Assembly (NCBI GenBank): GCA_965219095.1
Contig: OZ244719.1
Location: 637,327-701,326 of the forward strand
DNA: 64,000 nt
Source: Bdellovibrionales bacterium
Lineage (GTDB): Bacteria > Bdellovibrionota > Bdellovibrionia > Bdellovibrionales > UBA1609
Direction: 5' to 3'
Of the stretch, positions 17,692 through 27,555 are shown in pieces. Each line of letters starts with the position of its first letter. The first letter of the stretch is position 1. Position numbers and translations under genes: made by a program. Under the pieces are notes generated by a model, which did no database searches, was not told where the DNA came from, and saw only the letters and a list, made by a program, of their open reading frames with translations.

Positions 17692-17760
17692 GTCTATATC
17701 TTGACATCTTTTAGAAAAGACTCATTTTGAAATAAAAGAAAATGAAAGGAGATTAAAATT

Positions 17761-19704
17761 ATGAGTGAAAGAATTATAGGGATTGATTTAGGAACAACAA
17801 ACTCATGTGTTGCTATTGTTGAGGCTCAGGGCAAGGGAGCAAAGGTTCTTTTCAATGAAGAGGGAGAAAGGACAACGCCTTCCGTTGTATCATGGACAAA
17901 AGAAGGAGAAAAAACAGTAGGTCACTTAGCCAAAAGACAAGCCATAACTAACCCTGAGAATACTATTTTTTCCTCAAAAAGATTTATTGGGAATAAATTT
18001 GAAGAAGTAGAAGGAGAGATCAAAAGGGTTCCTTATAAAATTGTTAAAAAAGAAAATGGAGATTGTGCTGTTGAACTATCCTCTGGAAAAAAAATGTCTC
18101 CAGAAGAAATAGGGGCTTCTGTTTTAGCAAAACTTAAAAAAGTTGCAGAAGATTATCTAGGGGAACCAATCACAAAGGCTGTGATAACAGTTCCTGCTTA
18201 CTTTAACGATGCTCAAAGACAAGCCACCAAAGATGCAGGAAAAATTGCAGGCCTTCAGGTAGAACGTATTATTAATGAGCCTACAGCAGCAGCTCTTGCT
18301 TACGGATTGGATAAAAAAACAAATGAAAAAGTTGCTGTTTTTGATTTTGGTGGAGGAACTTTTGATATTTCCATACTAGATATAGGAGATAATCTTGTTG
18401 AAGTGAAATCTACAAATGGTGATAGCCACCTTGGAGGAGATAACTTTGATAATATGATTTTAGATTGGCTTGTAGAAAATTTTAAAAAAGATACAGGAAT
18501 TGATCTTTTAAAAGATACTATGGCTTTACAAAGACTTAAAGACGCTGCTGAAAAAGCAAAAATTGAATTGAGTACGATTCAAGAAACAGAGATCAATTTA
18601 CCCTTCATTACAGCGATTTCTTCTGAACCCAAACATTTAACAGCTAAGCTTTCTCGGGCTAAATTTGAACAGATGACAGAGAGTTTAATTCAAAGATCTA
18701 TTAAGCTTTGTAAATTGGCTCTTCAAGATGCTAAAATGTCTCCTAAAGACATCAACGAAGTCATTCTTGTGGGAGGAACAACAAGAATTCCAAGTGTACA
18801 AACTGCCATAAAACAACTTTTCGAAAAAGAACCTAACAAATCAGTTAATCCTGATGAAGTAGTAGCCATGGGAGCTGCAATTCAAGGAGGTGTTTTAAGC
18901 GGTGATATTAAAGAGGTTTTGCTTTTAGATGTAACTCCCCTTTCTTTAGGTATTGAAACCTTAGGAGGAGTGATGACAAAGCTTATTGATAGAAACACCA
19001 CTTTACCAACTCGCAAGTCACAAGTTTTTTCAACAGCAGCAGATAATCAACAAACAGTTGATGTAGTTGTTCTGCAAGGTGAACGTGAAATGGCACAAGA
19101 TAATAAACTTTTAGGAAGATTTGAATTAGGAGGCATCCCCTTAGCTCCTAGAGGAGTTCCTCAGATTGAAGTAGCCTTTGACATTGATACAAATGGAATT
19201 ATTAACGTATCAGCAAAAGATCTAAAAACAGGTAAAGCTCAAAAAATCGAAATTAAAACTAAAACAGGTCTAAGCGAAAAAGAAGTTGAAGAAATGGTCA
19301 AAGAAGCAGAACTTTATGCAGAAGAGGATAAAAGAAAAAAAGACCTTGTTTTTGCACGAAACGATTTAGACAACTTGATCTATCAATCAGAAAAAATGCT
19401 CACAGAACAAGGTAAAGATGCTGACAGTAACCTTAAAAAAGATATGACAGAGGTCATTAAGAAAGCTAAAGGTGTCATCGGAGACTCTAGTGACATTAGT
19501 GCTCTTCGTGCACAATATGATGATTTATCAAAAGTTAGTCAGTCTTTCTCTCAAGCTCTCTACGATAAAAAAACCACAACAGAGGAAAAAGATGGAAATT
19601 CAACAAGCGGAAATTCAACTGAGGCTGAGAGTCAGGATCATTCTAACGAAAAGATTATTGATGCCGAATACAAAGATGTTAATGATAACACATCATCAAA
19701 GTAA
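17761..19704 (+). CDS. dnaK: chaperone DnaK (Hsp70)
   Basis: [44 protein letters not shown]. Confidence 0.97.
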   Translation: MSERIIGIDLGTTNSCVAIVEAQGKGAKVLFNEEGERTTPSVVSWTKEGEKTVGHLAKRQAITNPENTIFSSKRFIGNKFEEVEGEIKRVPYKIVKKENGDCAVELSSGKKMSPEEIGASVLAKLKKVAEDYLGEPITKAVITVPAYFNDAQRQATKDAGKIAGLQVERIINEPTAAALAYGLDKKTNEKVAVFDFGGGTFDISILDIGDNLVEVKSTNGDSHLGGDNFDNMILDWLVENFKKDTGIDLLKDTMALQRLKDAAEKAKIELSTIQETEINLPFITAISSEPKHLTAKLSRAKFEQMTESLIQRSIKLCKLALQDAKMSPKDINEVILVGGTTRIPSVQTAIKQLFEKEPNKSVNPDEVVAMGAAIQGGVLSGDIKEVLLLDVTPLSLGIETLGGVMTKLIDRNTTLPTRKSQVFSTAADNQQTVDVVVLQGEREMAQDNKLLGRFELGGIPLAPRGVPQIEVAFDIDTNGIINVSAKDLKTGKAQKIEIKTKTGLSEKEVEEMVKEAELYAEEDKRKKDLVFARNDLDNLIYQSEKMLTEQGKDADSNLKKDMTEVIKKAKGVIGDSSDISALRAQYDDLSKVSQSFSQALYDKKTTTEEKDGNSTSGNSTEAESQDHSNEKIIDAEYKDVNDNTSSK

Positions 19705-19707
19705 ATT

Positions 19708-19771
19708 AAAAAAGCTCATCTTACTAAAAAAGCACCTTTTAAGGTGCTTTTTTAGTAAGATGAGCTTTTTT
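19708..19771. terminator. long perfect hairpin, likely bidirectional terminator between dnaK and tig
   Basis: AAAAAAGCTCATCTTACTAAAAAAGCACCTT-ttaa-AAGGTGCTTTTTTAGTAAGATGAGCTTTTTT; flanked by an A-run on one side and a T-run on the other. Confidence 0.8.
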
Positions 19772-19908
19772 AAAGCAAGGTTTTTGTAATAAAAAATGCC
19801 TTATTTTGAGTAATACGTCTCGTCTGCACCTTGCCTCACTAACAGGTGTATTTGGTTTAATTGGTTTAAAAGGTAAAATTTTCTAAAATGATAAGGAAAA
19901 AAACAGCC

Positions 19909-21327
19909 TTAAAGGTTAATCTCCTTAGAACTTCTTTTATAAAGATTTATTATCTTTCTGTAAGTATTTTTGATAGGAGAAACACTTATACGAAAGAGTC
20001 GTTTGATAAATTGAAGACAATTGAAATATCGTGATTTAAATGATGAAATTTTTTGTAAAGAATCGAGGTCAATGTGATTTTCCCTCAAAACAATATCTAC
20101 AATTGCATCCTTGAACATCTTTTCTCTTATGTCATCCTTGATTTGTATAATTTTACTCTCTTCGAAGGATTCATCAGGAAATATCCTTAAAAACTCTTCT
20201 TCAACATCGATAAATATATTTTCTTGTCTTGCCAAATCAGCTAACAATTTCTGAGAGTGAAGAACTTCTTTAGCTTCTTGTTCGAAATGATCCTCGCGTT
20301 GCTCTATATATTCCTCAATATATGCTTTATTTGCTCCTCTTTTTTTCAGAAAATGAGTAACGTCATCATATATCATTTGAATTTTGGTTTTTAAAAAATT
20401 AGGGGGGAAGCTTTCAATTTTATTTTTGTCCCTTAAAGCCTTTAAAATATTTTCCATGAGATTCTCTTTTGCTTGCTTTTCTTTTTCTTGAAGAATAGCT
20501 TCTTTAATATCTTGTTTTAATTCTTCTGGAGTGTTCAAAGAAGAATTAATTTTTTGAATAAATTCCTTATTTACCTCTGGTAAAACTTTTTTAAAAATCC
20601 TCCTTACTTTAACTGTAAAAATAGCTGTTCGGCCAGCAAGAAATAATTCTTGGTAGTGTTTAGGAAATCTCACAAGAAACGTTTTTTCTTCTCCCATCTT
20701 CATCCCTGTAATCCCTTCTTCAAAGTCTTTTAACAACTTTATTATTGGACTTCCGATTTCTAGACGGATGTTTTGAACTTTGCTTCCTTTAAAGGGTTTC
20801 CCATCAACAGTTGCTGAATAATCAATTGAAAGAGCATCTTTATCTTGGGAGGGGCGATCCTCTAAAATAAGAATATAAGAGGCTTCTTGTTCACGAAGTT
20901 CTTCAAGGCGCTTTTCGCATTCTTCTTCACTGACTTTGAAATCTCCAATATTTATATCAAGAGATTTTATTTGAACCTTGTTTTGAGGCCAGACCTCAAT
21001 TTTTGCTTGAAATTCAAAATCTTTTCCCATTTCAATTTCACTAAAATCAATTTTTGGAAGACCAATAGGAATTACATTGTGGCTCATTACAGCTTCTTCA
21101 AAAGAACGGTTAATGATTTCTTGCAACACATCGTTATAAACATGGTGCTTATAATTTTTACAGATCAGATGAAAAGGGGCTTTCCCTTTACGAAAACCAT
21201 GTATTTTTGCCTTTTTCTGTATAGAATGATATTTTTTTTCAAAAACCGAGTCCACCTTTTTTTGAGAAACAAAAACGTTAAATTGTTTTCTTGATTTATC
21301 TAAATTTTTTATTGTACTGTTTATCAT
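19909..21327 (-). CDS. tig: trigger factor
   Basis: N-terminal ribosome-binding motif HGFRKGKAP, central FKBP-like region, long helical C-terminus. Confidence 0.85.
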   Translation of the reverse strand: MINSTIKNLDKSRKQFNVFVSQKKVDSVFEKKYHSIQKKAKIHGFRKGKAPFHLICKNYKHHVYNDVLQEIINRSFEEAVMSHNVIPIGLPKIDFSEIEMGKDFEFQAKIEVWPQNKVQIKSLDINIGDFKVSEEECEKRLEELREQEASYILILEDRPSQDKDALSIDYSATVDGKPFKGSKVQNIRLEIGSPIIKLLKDFEEGITGMKMGEEKTFLVRFPKHYQELFLAGRTAIFTVKVRRIFKKVLPEVNKEFIQKINSSLNTPEELKQDIKEAILQEKEKQAKENLMENILKALRDKNKIESFPPNFLKTKIQMIYDDVTHFLKKRGANKAYIEEYIEQREDHFEQEAKEVLHSQKLLADLARQENIFIDVEEEFLRIFPDESFEESKIIQIKDDIREKMFKDAIVDIVLRENHIDLDSLQKISSFKSRYFNCLQFIKRLFRISVSPIKNTYRKIINLYKRSSKEINL

Positions 21328-21527
21328 AAAAGACCTCCTTCTTGTACCACTTAAAGAAATTTTGATAGCACTGCCTTAATCTTGCCTTGCAAAAAACCTT
21401 GGACTAAAAGCAACTACTTTAAAGATTAGATTCAAATAGCCTTAAAAACAAGAATGACGCAAGGCAATTTTTTTTATCTTTTAGCACTTAAAATGGTTAA
21501 ACTTAAAGAACTATAAAGAATCAAAGA

Positions 21528-22325
21528 ATTAAAGTTTTTTTTGTAACAGGTAAAGGAGGGGTGGGAAAGACTTTTATCTCCTTAGCCCTTACAAAGGCTT
21601 TTATAAAATGCGGTTTAAAAACTAAATGTGTTGCTTTCAATGCTCCGGATGATTCTTTAGAGGGTTTTTCTGTGGAACATTATTCTGTGACAGAGTGTCT
21701 TACAGAGTACTTAAGCCACTTTATTCCAGCAAAAAAAATCATTCATAAAGCCTTGTCTAATAAACTTTCTTCAGTTGTATTAAATGTAACTCCAGGCCTC
21801 ACAGACATGGCACGTTTAGGTAAAATTACAAGTGGTCCAAGAGGTTTTGGAGTTCCCATTAAAGAAGATATTATTGTTGTTGATTCTTATTCAACAGGGT
21901 ATTTTCAAACCCTTTTGAAAGCACCACAGTCATTTTATGATATTGTGCCTTTAGGTTATATAAAAAAAATATGTCAAGAAATCAAAGAAGTCCTCAAAGA
22001 ATCTCATTTTATAGTGACATCTTTACCTGAAGCTTGGTCTTTGATGGAAACTGAAGATACGTTTAACTTTCTTAACAGATGGGGGGCAAAACATGTGTAT
22101 CACTTCACAAATCGTATTTTCAAAGAGGATTTAACTGATGAACTGCAACAATGGCTTAAGAAACCTAAGCTTATGTCTTTTTATGAGAAAAAATACTTAG
22201 ATCAAACAAAAATTCTTAAAAATATCAAAAGAGATGTAGATTTATCTCAGATCGATAAAACATCTCATTTAGAGGTGATAGAGAGTTTGTCTAAGGAGTT
22301 GGAGGTCTTTTGCAAAACCTTTTAA
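21528..22325 (+). CDS. ArsA/ParA-superfamily P-loop ATPase (paralogue 1), non-canonical start
   Basis: The deviant Walker A GKGGVGKT begins upstream of the track's GTG start (21561). The frame is open only back to 21507 and contains no ATG/GTG/TTG; ATT at 21528 gives (M)KVFFVTGKGGVGKT. Confidence 0.6.
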   Translation: MKVFFVTGKGGVGKTFISLALTKAFIKCGLKTKCVAFNAPDDSLEGFSVEHYSVTECLTEYLSHFIPAKKIIHKALSNKLSSVVLNVTPGLTDMARLGKITSGPRGFGVPIKEDIIVVDSYSTGYFQTLLKAPQSFYDIVPLGYIKKICQEIKEVLKESHFIVTSLPEAWSLMETEDTFNFLNRWGAKHVYHFTNRIFKEDLTDELQQWLKKPKLMSFYEKKYLDQTKILKNIKRDVDLSQIDKTSHLEVIESLSKELEVFCKTF

Positions 22326-23344
22326 AGAGAAAGAAAATTATCATTTGTGCAGGTTCTGGAGGTGTAGGAAAAACCACTATAGCGGCTTCTATAGCTTGCT
22401 TTTCGGCCTCGAAAGGCTATAGAACCTTTGTTTTGACTATAGACCCTTCTTACCGGTTAAAAACAGCCCTAGGTTTTGATGAAAATTCTCATAAAAAACA
22501 AATTCATCATATAAAAACAAAAGCCCCTCTTTTTGTGTCGGTTTTACAACCTCAAGCTGTTTTCGATCATTTTATAAAACGTCATTGCAAAACAGAAGAG
22601 TCATTTAGGAAACTTAAAAATAACATTATCTATAAAGAACTTAGCACTCGTTTAGGTTTTTATCAGGAATTTACTGCACTTTTAGAAGTTTATGAAGCCT
22701 TTCATTCTGAAGAGTTTGATAAAATCATTTTAGACACCCCTCCTGGGCCACAGTTTATGAATTTTTTAAAAGGCAGTGAAATTATGAGTCCTTTGTTTGA
22801 AAAAAGACTTATCAAATGGCTTACTCAAGCCTCTTATCAGCAAAGTTTTTTTTCAAAACTTTTTTTCCAAGGGCCAATTCTTTTTATGAATCTTGTAAAA
22901 AGATTTGCAGGCCATCCTTTTGTAGAAAGCTTGTATGAATTTATGACAGAGTTGAGTGAGATTAAAGAGCCTATTTTATCCTGCCTGTCTCATATAGAGA
23001 CACTTCTTTTATCTTCTCATACAGCCTACGTAGGTGTTGTGGGAGAAGAAGGCCGGCTCTTTGATATCAAAAGAGCTTACGATGTTTTGATTTTGAACCG
23101 CCTAGCTCCTTTTGAGCTCGATCTTTCGTTAGATCGGGTGTGTGAACAGATTGAGGCCTTAAAGCCTCCTCTTTCTCAAAAGCTTAAAAGCTTTTTTCTT
23201 CAAAAAGCAAGATGTCTTTACCAAAAAAGAGATAAGTATGCTAAGATTTTCAAAGGAAAGGTATATTGGGTCTTTGATGAAGAGCAGGAAAAAAGACCAG
23301 AAGATTTTTTAAAAAAAATAATGCTTCAATGGGAGGAGCTATGA
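22310..23344 (+). CDS. ArsA/GET3-like anion-transporting ATPase family protein (paralogue 2)
   Basis: KKIIICAGSGGVGKTTIAASIA Walker A, LTIDPS, ILDTPPG. Confidence 0.75.
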   Translation: MQNLLKRKKIIICAGSGGVGKTTIAASIACFSASKGYRTFVLTIDPSYRLKTALGFDENSHKKQIHHIKTKAPLFVSVLQPQAVFDHFIKRHCKTEESFRKLKNNIIYKELSTRLGFYQEFTALLEVYEAFHSEEFDKIILDTPPGPQFMNFLKGSEIMSPLFEKRLIKWLTQASYQQSFFSKLFFQGPILFMNLVKRFAGHPFVESLYEFMTELSEIKEPILSCLSHIETLLLSSHTAYVGVVGEEGRLFDIKRAYDVLILNRLAPFELDLSLDRVCEQIEALKPPLSQKLKSFFLQKARCLYQKRDKYAKIFKGKVYWVFDEEQEKRPEDFLKKIMLQWEEL

Positions 23345-24300
23345 AGTTTATATTTATTATGATTTTCTCTGTTTTTTTCCTATCTTGTTCTCATCAACCG
23401 AAAGTTTCAAAAGAAACCGTTCAAGAAGCCCATAAGTCCTTTCAGATCCAATTGGATCAAGCACTAAACTTGATGAATGTAGATCAAGATAACGCTGCTT
23501 TACGCATTTTAAAAAATTTATTTAAAAAAACAAAGATCTCTCAATTAAAATCCGTAGTTTTATACAACATAGGTCTTCTTTTGGAAAAGAAAAAAAAATG
23601 TTCTAGTGCAAAGATAGTTTATAACAAAGCTATTTCTATGAATGAGCTTCAAGATAGTGTTATAGAAGCACAAGCTCTATGGAGGTTAAGTTTTGTAAAA
23701 GAGTGCTTAAAAGATTACCACGGTATGTTAGCTGTTTTAAAGGATGTGCAGTCACGAACTCACCTTCTTCCTCCTGAAACAGCTTTTGTTGAATTAAATT
23801 CAAAGATGGCTTTAGCTTATAAAAAACTTGAAAAACCCAAACTCTACGAAGATTACTGGCTTAAAGCTAGGAAAGGACTTAGAGTTTTAAATGAAAGAAT
23901 ATCTAGTATAAATCATAAAAAGGCATCTTTTTCCAGACTGTTTTATAACTTAGGTAATTTTGGTTCTGGAGTATTAGATGATAAAGCAAGCCTTTCATAT
24001 CTAAAAAGACAAAGAGATTTACAAAAATACTTTCTTCGTTCTGTAGAGCTAACTCAGAAGCCTTGGTCTTACAGATCTGCCAAAAAAATTATAGAGGATT
24101 ATAAGAACTTTGTTCATCTCATGAAGAAAACAAACTCTAAGATCATAGCCAAAGAAATTTTAAAAAATATAAAATCCTTGAAATCTCAAAGATTTCCTGA
24201 CCCCAAGGAAAGCCCTCTTGTAAAAAAACTGTTCAAAATAATAGATGTTCAATACAAAAAAGTGAAAAACTATATTCATGATTCTGAAAAGAATTCATAA
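23341..24300 (+). CDS. lipoprotein with TPR-like helical repeats
   Basis: MKFIFIMIFSVFFLSCS lipobox after a GGGAGGAG RBS. ATGA overlap with the upstream gene. Confidence 0.65.
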   Translation: MKFIFIMIFSVFFLSCSHQPKVSKETVQEAHKSFQIQLDQALNLMNVDQDNAALRILKNLFKKTKISQLKSVVLYNIGLLLEKKKKCSSAKIVYNKAISMNELQDSVIEAQALWRLSFVKECLKDYHGMLAVLKDVQSRTHLLPPETAFVELNSKMALAYKKLEKPKLYEDYWLKARKGLRVLNERISSINHKKASFSRLFYNLGNFGSGVLDDKASLSYLKRQRDLQKYFLRSVELTQKPWSYRSAKKIIEDYKNFVHLMKKTNSKIIAKEILKNIKSLKSQRFPDPKESPLVKKLFKIIDVQYKKVKNYIHDSEKNS

Positions 24301-25474
24301 TCGCTTAATAGAAAAAAGAGATAGGATTGAATCTTGGTTTTTTGATAAAACACAAGACTTTCAGTTTCCTATTTATTCAAGTTTTGATATGAGAAATTCA
24401 TCTTTTAAAATTGCACCTGTGGATGCTAATTTGTTTCCAGCGGGGTTTAACAATATTTGTGAAAAAGATAAGGAGTTTTCTCAGAAAGCAATCCAAGAGT
24501 ATTTAAAAGAAAGATACCCCGAAGTAGATAGAATCACCTTGATTTCAGAAAACCATACAAAAAACATTTATTATTGGGATAATGTTCAAACACTTGAAGC
24601 TATTTTCTCTTCGGCAATTAAAAAAGTATCTTTAGCCTTTTTAAAACGAGGTTCTATGCCGGAAGTTTTAGAAGTGGAAAACTCTAGAGGAGAAGTGTTT
24701 AAAGTGGAATCTTTTTCAAGAGATAGGTTAGGAAAAAATCATCATCTTATAATAAGCAACAATGATTTTTCAACACCTTATCCTGATTTAAAAAACATTA
24801 ACATGGAGCCGTCCTACCAGATGGGCTGGCATAGAAGAAAAAAAAATGTGTTTTTTTCTTTTTATAATAAATTTATAAGAGAATTTTCAAGTCTTTTAGA
24901 TCTTCCAAAAGATCTCTTAACCATATCTTGCGAGGTATTTGAGCCCTTTAATGTCAGTGATCGGAATCATTTAAAAGAACTTGCCTCAAAAGTGGATGAA
25001 TTCATTAATGCAAGAAAGAAAGAATACAAAGATTTGAACTTCAAGGATTCGCCCTTTGTTTTTATAAAAAATATATCTGGAACTTATGGTTTAGGTGTGA
25101 CTCCTGTGAGTTCTGGACATGAAGTTCTAACATGGAACAATCGTGTAAGGACAAAACTCAAAGCAAGTAAAGAAAAGGCAAAAGTCACTGGAATTTTGAT
25201 TCAAGAAGCCATCCCTAGTATAGACTCCATAGGAGGCTCTACAGCAGAGCCGGTTATCTATAGTGTAGGCTCAGAACCTGTAGGAGGATTCTTAAGGGCT
25301 CATTCTCTTAAAAGCGATAAAGAAAATCTCAACAGTCCTGGAGCTGTTTACAAGCGTTTATGCTTGAGTGATTTAAAGATCAACCCTGAAGGAGCGATTG
25401 TTGAGAACGTTTATGGATGGTTGGCTAAAGTAGGTCTTATGAGTTTATCAGAAGAAATAAAGTGCCTTTCTTAA
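24278..25474 (+). CDS. gshA: glutamate--cysteine ligase, GshA (T. ferrooxidans-type family)
   Basis: About 400 aa; the N-terminal FPIYSSFDMRNSSFKIAPVDANLFPAGFNN matches my memory of this family's signature. Memory-based call. Confidence 0.6.
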   Translation: MILKRIHNRLIEKRDRIESWFFDKTQDFQFPIYSSFDMRNSSFKIAPVDANLFPAGFNNICEKDKEFSQKAIQEYLKERYPEVDRITLISENHTKNIYYWDNVQTLEAIFSSAIKKVSLAFLKRGSMPEVLEVENSRGEVFKVESFSRDRLGKNHHLIISNNDFSTPYPDLKNINMEPSYQMGWHRRKKNVFFSFYNKFIREFSSLLDLPKDLLTISCEVFEPFNVSDRNHLKELASKVDEFINARKKEYKDLNFKDSPFVFIKNISGTYGLGVTPVSSGHEVLTWNNRVRTKLKASKEKAKVTGILIQEAIPSIDSIGGSTAEPVIYSVGSEPVGGFLRAHSLKSDKENLNSPGAVYKRLCLSDLKINPEGAIVENVYGWLAKVGLMSLSEEIKCLS

Positions 25475-25681
25475 ATTTAGAAGAACTTCAAAGAGGTTTT
25501 TCTCAGCTTGTCATTACCTCTCGGTTATACTAGCAAGTTGATTCTGGGCTTCACTAAAAATTTAATTGTGAGATTGTGTGTGTTGGTTTTTTTCTCAAGA
25601 TGGGTTTAGATATAAAATTTGTAGCCATTAAGGTTTAGCTCTATCTTGCATTTTTCTTTAAGAGGTGATACTGTTATTTTC

Positions 25682-26542
25682 ATGATAAAGGTTTCAACGG
25701 AAAGTTATTTTACAAGCTTTGATAAAACTAAGTTGTTCTATGAAATTTTCGATAAAGTTAAAAACCCTAAGGGGGTTTTTTTAACACTCCATGGTTTAGG
25801 AGGTTATTCTGGTGTTTTTAGGGAGTTCTCTGAGAGCCTCAATGAAAATGGTTTTCAGACTATTCTTTTGAACTTAAGAGGACATGGGCTTTCTGATGGC
25901 CAAAGGGGCTTTGTAGGACAGTTCTCCCACTTCGAAAAAGATCTCTACCTTTTTATAAGGCACGTAAGAGAATCCTTGAAAATCAAAAAACCTTTGTTTC
26001 TTTTAGGACAGTCTATAGGAGGGCTTATTTGTTTTGATACTGTTATTGGCTACGGAGTACAAAATTTATCCGGCATGGTACTTACCTGTCCTGCTATAGG
26101 TGATTTTAAAAAAGAAATTCCTAAATTTAAAGAACGTATTGCTGAATGGACAGCCAAGTACTTTCCTCGCATTACAATGTTCAACGAAATTCGCTACGAA
26201 GACTTGACTCGTAATAAAAAAGCTATTGAGGCCTTTAAAAAAGACGTGTTCTTTCATAGAAGAATTAGTTCTCGTTTGTTTTTACAGATGCGGGATAAGA
26301 TGCATCAATCTTATGAACTAGCCTCAGAGATTAAAATTCCTGTTCTGTTTGTGTCTTCCCAACAAGACCCTATTTTCAAGCACAGAGAGCATAAGAAAAT
26401 TTTTGAAAAACTAGGGTCTTCTCAAAAAGATAAAAAATTTCTTGTTTATAAAAACTTAAAGCATGATTTATTTTTTGAAAAAGAAGGTGGTGGTCTTTAT
26501 AATGAAGTTATCAAATGGGCACAAGAAAGGTTGAAAATATGA
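25682..26542 (+). CDS. alpha/beta hydrolase (lysophospholipase/monoacylglycerol-lipase-like)
   Basis: HGLGGYSG oxyanion region, GQSIGG nucleophile elbow, C-terminal H in KHDLFFE. Confidence 0.8.
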   Translation: MIKVSTESYFTSFDKTKLFYEIFDKVKNPKGVFLTLHGLGGYSGVFREFSESLNENGFQTILLNLRGHGLSDGQRGFVGQFSHFEKDLYLFIRHVRESLKIKKPLFLLGQSIGGLICFDTVIGYGVQNLSGMVLTCPAIGDFKKEIPKFKERIAEWTAKYFPRITMFNEIRYEDLTRNKKAIEAFKKDVFFHRRISSRLFLQMRDKMHQSYELASEIKIPVLFVSSQQDPIFKHREHKKIFEKLGSSQKDKKFLVYKNLKHDLFFEKEGGGLYNEVIKWAQERLKI

Positions 26543-27135
26543 AGTTTATTGTTATTTTAGGAGTTATTTTAGGAGGAATAAGCTGTTCTCATCATAAGTT
26601 TCATTTAATAGAAAATAGAAAAATCAATAATAAAGAATATAGTAAGATTATAGCCTCTTATACTCGAAAAGATCGAAAGTACGAATTGCCTGATGAAATT
26701 TACACTTTTAGGGCTGTTTTTTTGAGTACTGTTGTAAGAAAGGCACAATTGGAGAAACAAAGGTTTTATTTTCAATGGGCTAATGATAAGTACAATGAAG
26801 AGCTTAAAAAACAAACTAGGAGGGTTAAAAAAAGGTCTGAATTTTTAGTGAGTCTCTACACTCCTAACAGAAATGATTCAAACCTTCAAAATCAAGTTTC
26901 ACTTTGGAATTTTTTTCTCCTTTATAAGTCAAAAAGATATAAATTTAAGATTAAAAGATACACTCGAAATTATAACGAAGCACGTTTCTTGTATCCTAAT
27001 ATGGATCGGTGGAGCAGAAAGTACATAGTGCGTGTAGATATTTCTACTGAAGAGCTAGAAAAGGAGGGGTTTTCTCTTATTTTGTCAGGAAGAGAGGGAC
27101 AAAGTATACTTGAATTTAGAGGGAGGGGTAAATAA
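26539..27135 (+). CDS. hypothetical lipoprotein
   Basis: MKFIVILGVILGGISCS lipobox. ATG at 26539 overlaps the end of the upstream gene. Confidence 0.6.
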   Translation: MKFIVILGVILGGISCSHHKFHLIENRKINNKEYSKIIASYTRKDRKYELPDEIYTFRAVFLSTVVRKAQLEKQRFYFQWANDKYNEELKKQTRRVKKRSEFLVSLYTPNRNDSNLQNQVSLWNFFLLYKSKRYKFKIKRYTRNYNEARFLYPNMDRWSRKYIVRVDISTEELEKEGFSLILSGREGQSILEFRGRGK

Positions 27136-27196
27136 ATCTTTTGAGGTCATAAGGGTTTTAATTTGACAGAATTAGAGTTTTTAGGATGAAAGTCTA

Positions 27197-27292
27197 GAAT
27201 GAGCCTGTAAATTAAATTGTGTAACTGAAGGTAATACACTGCAATAGGAATGGTGTCACCTCAAGTGGAAACGACTTAATCACAGTCCTTAT
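27197..27292. repeat. IS debris (GAGCCTGTAAATTAAATTGTGTAACTGA family plus IS903-like right-end fragment)
   Basis: 27240-27290 matches 12798-12845 (CAATAGGAATG(A/G)TGTCACCTCAAGTGGAAAC). 27200-27228 matches 46508-46536. Confidence 0.7.
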
Positions 27293-27555
27293 CAACCCAT
27301 CATGAAAGAATGAAGTTGCAGTCTGACTTGCTGCATCTAAATGTTGTAATAACTAGACAAAGTCAAGTTTTTTCGCAAAAAAGAGAAGGACAAATAAAGA
27401 ATTAAGGATAAAAATAAACCTAAACTTTTCTATAGAGCGAGGAAGAAATAGGTTGATAAAAAAGTATAACGAAAACTTAAGTTTTAAGTTATAGAACTTA
27501 AAGAAAAGAAAGGACAGATCTGAAACTATTTCATCATTTTATTTTTTTTAGTTTC

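Noticed and set aside
21481-21510. TTAGCACTT resembling a CIRCE half-site upstream of the ArsA-like gene
   Set aside because: The partner arm 9 nt downstream (AAACTTAAA) matches the GAGTGCTAA half-site at only 4 of 9 positions, and the location is not next to a chaperone gene.
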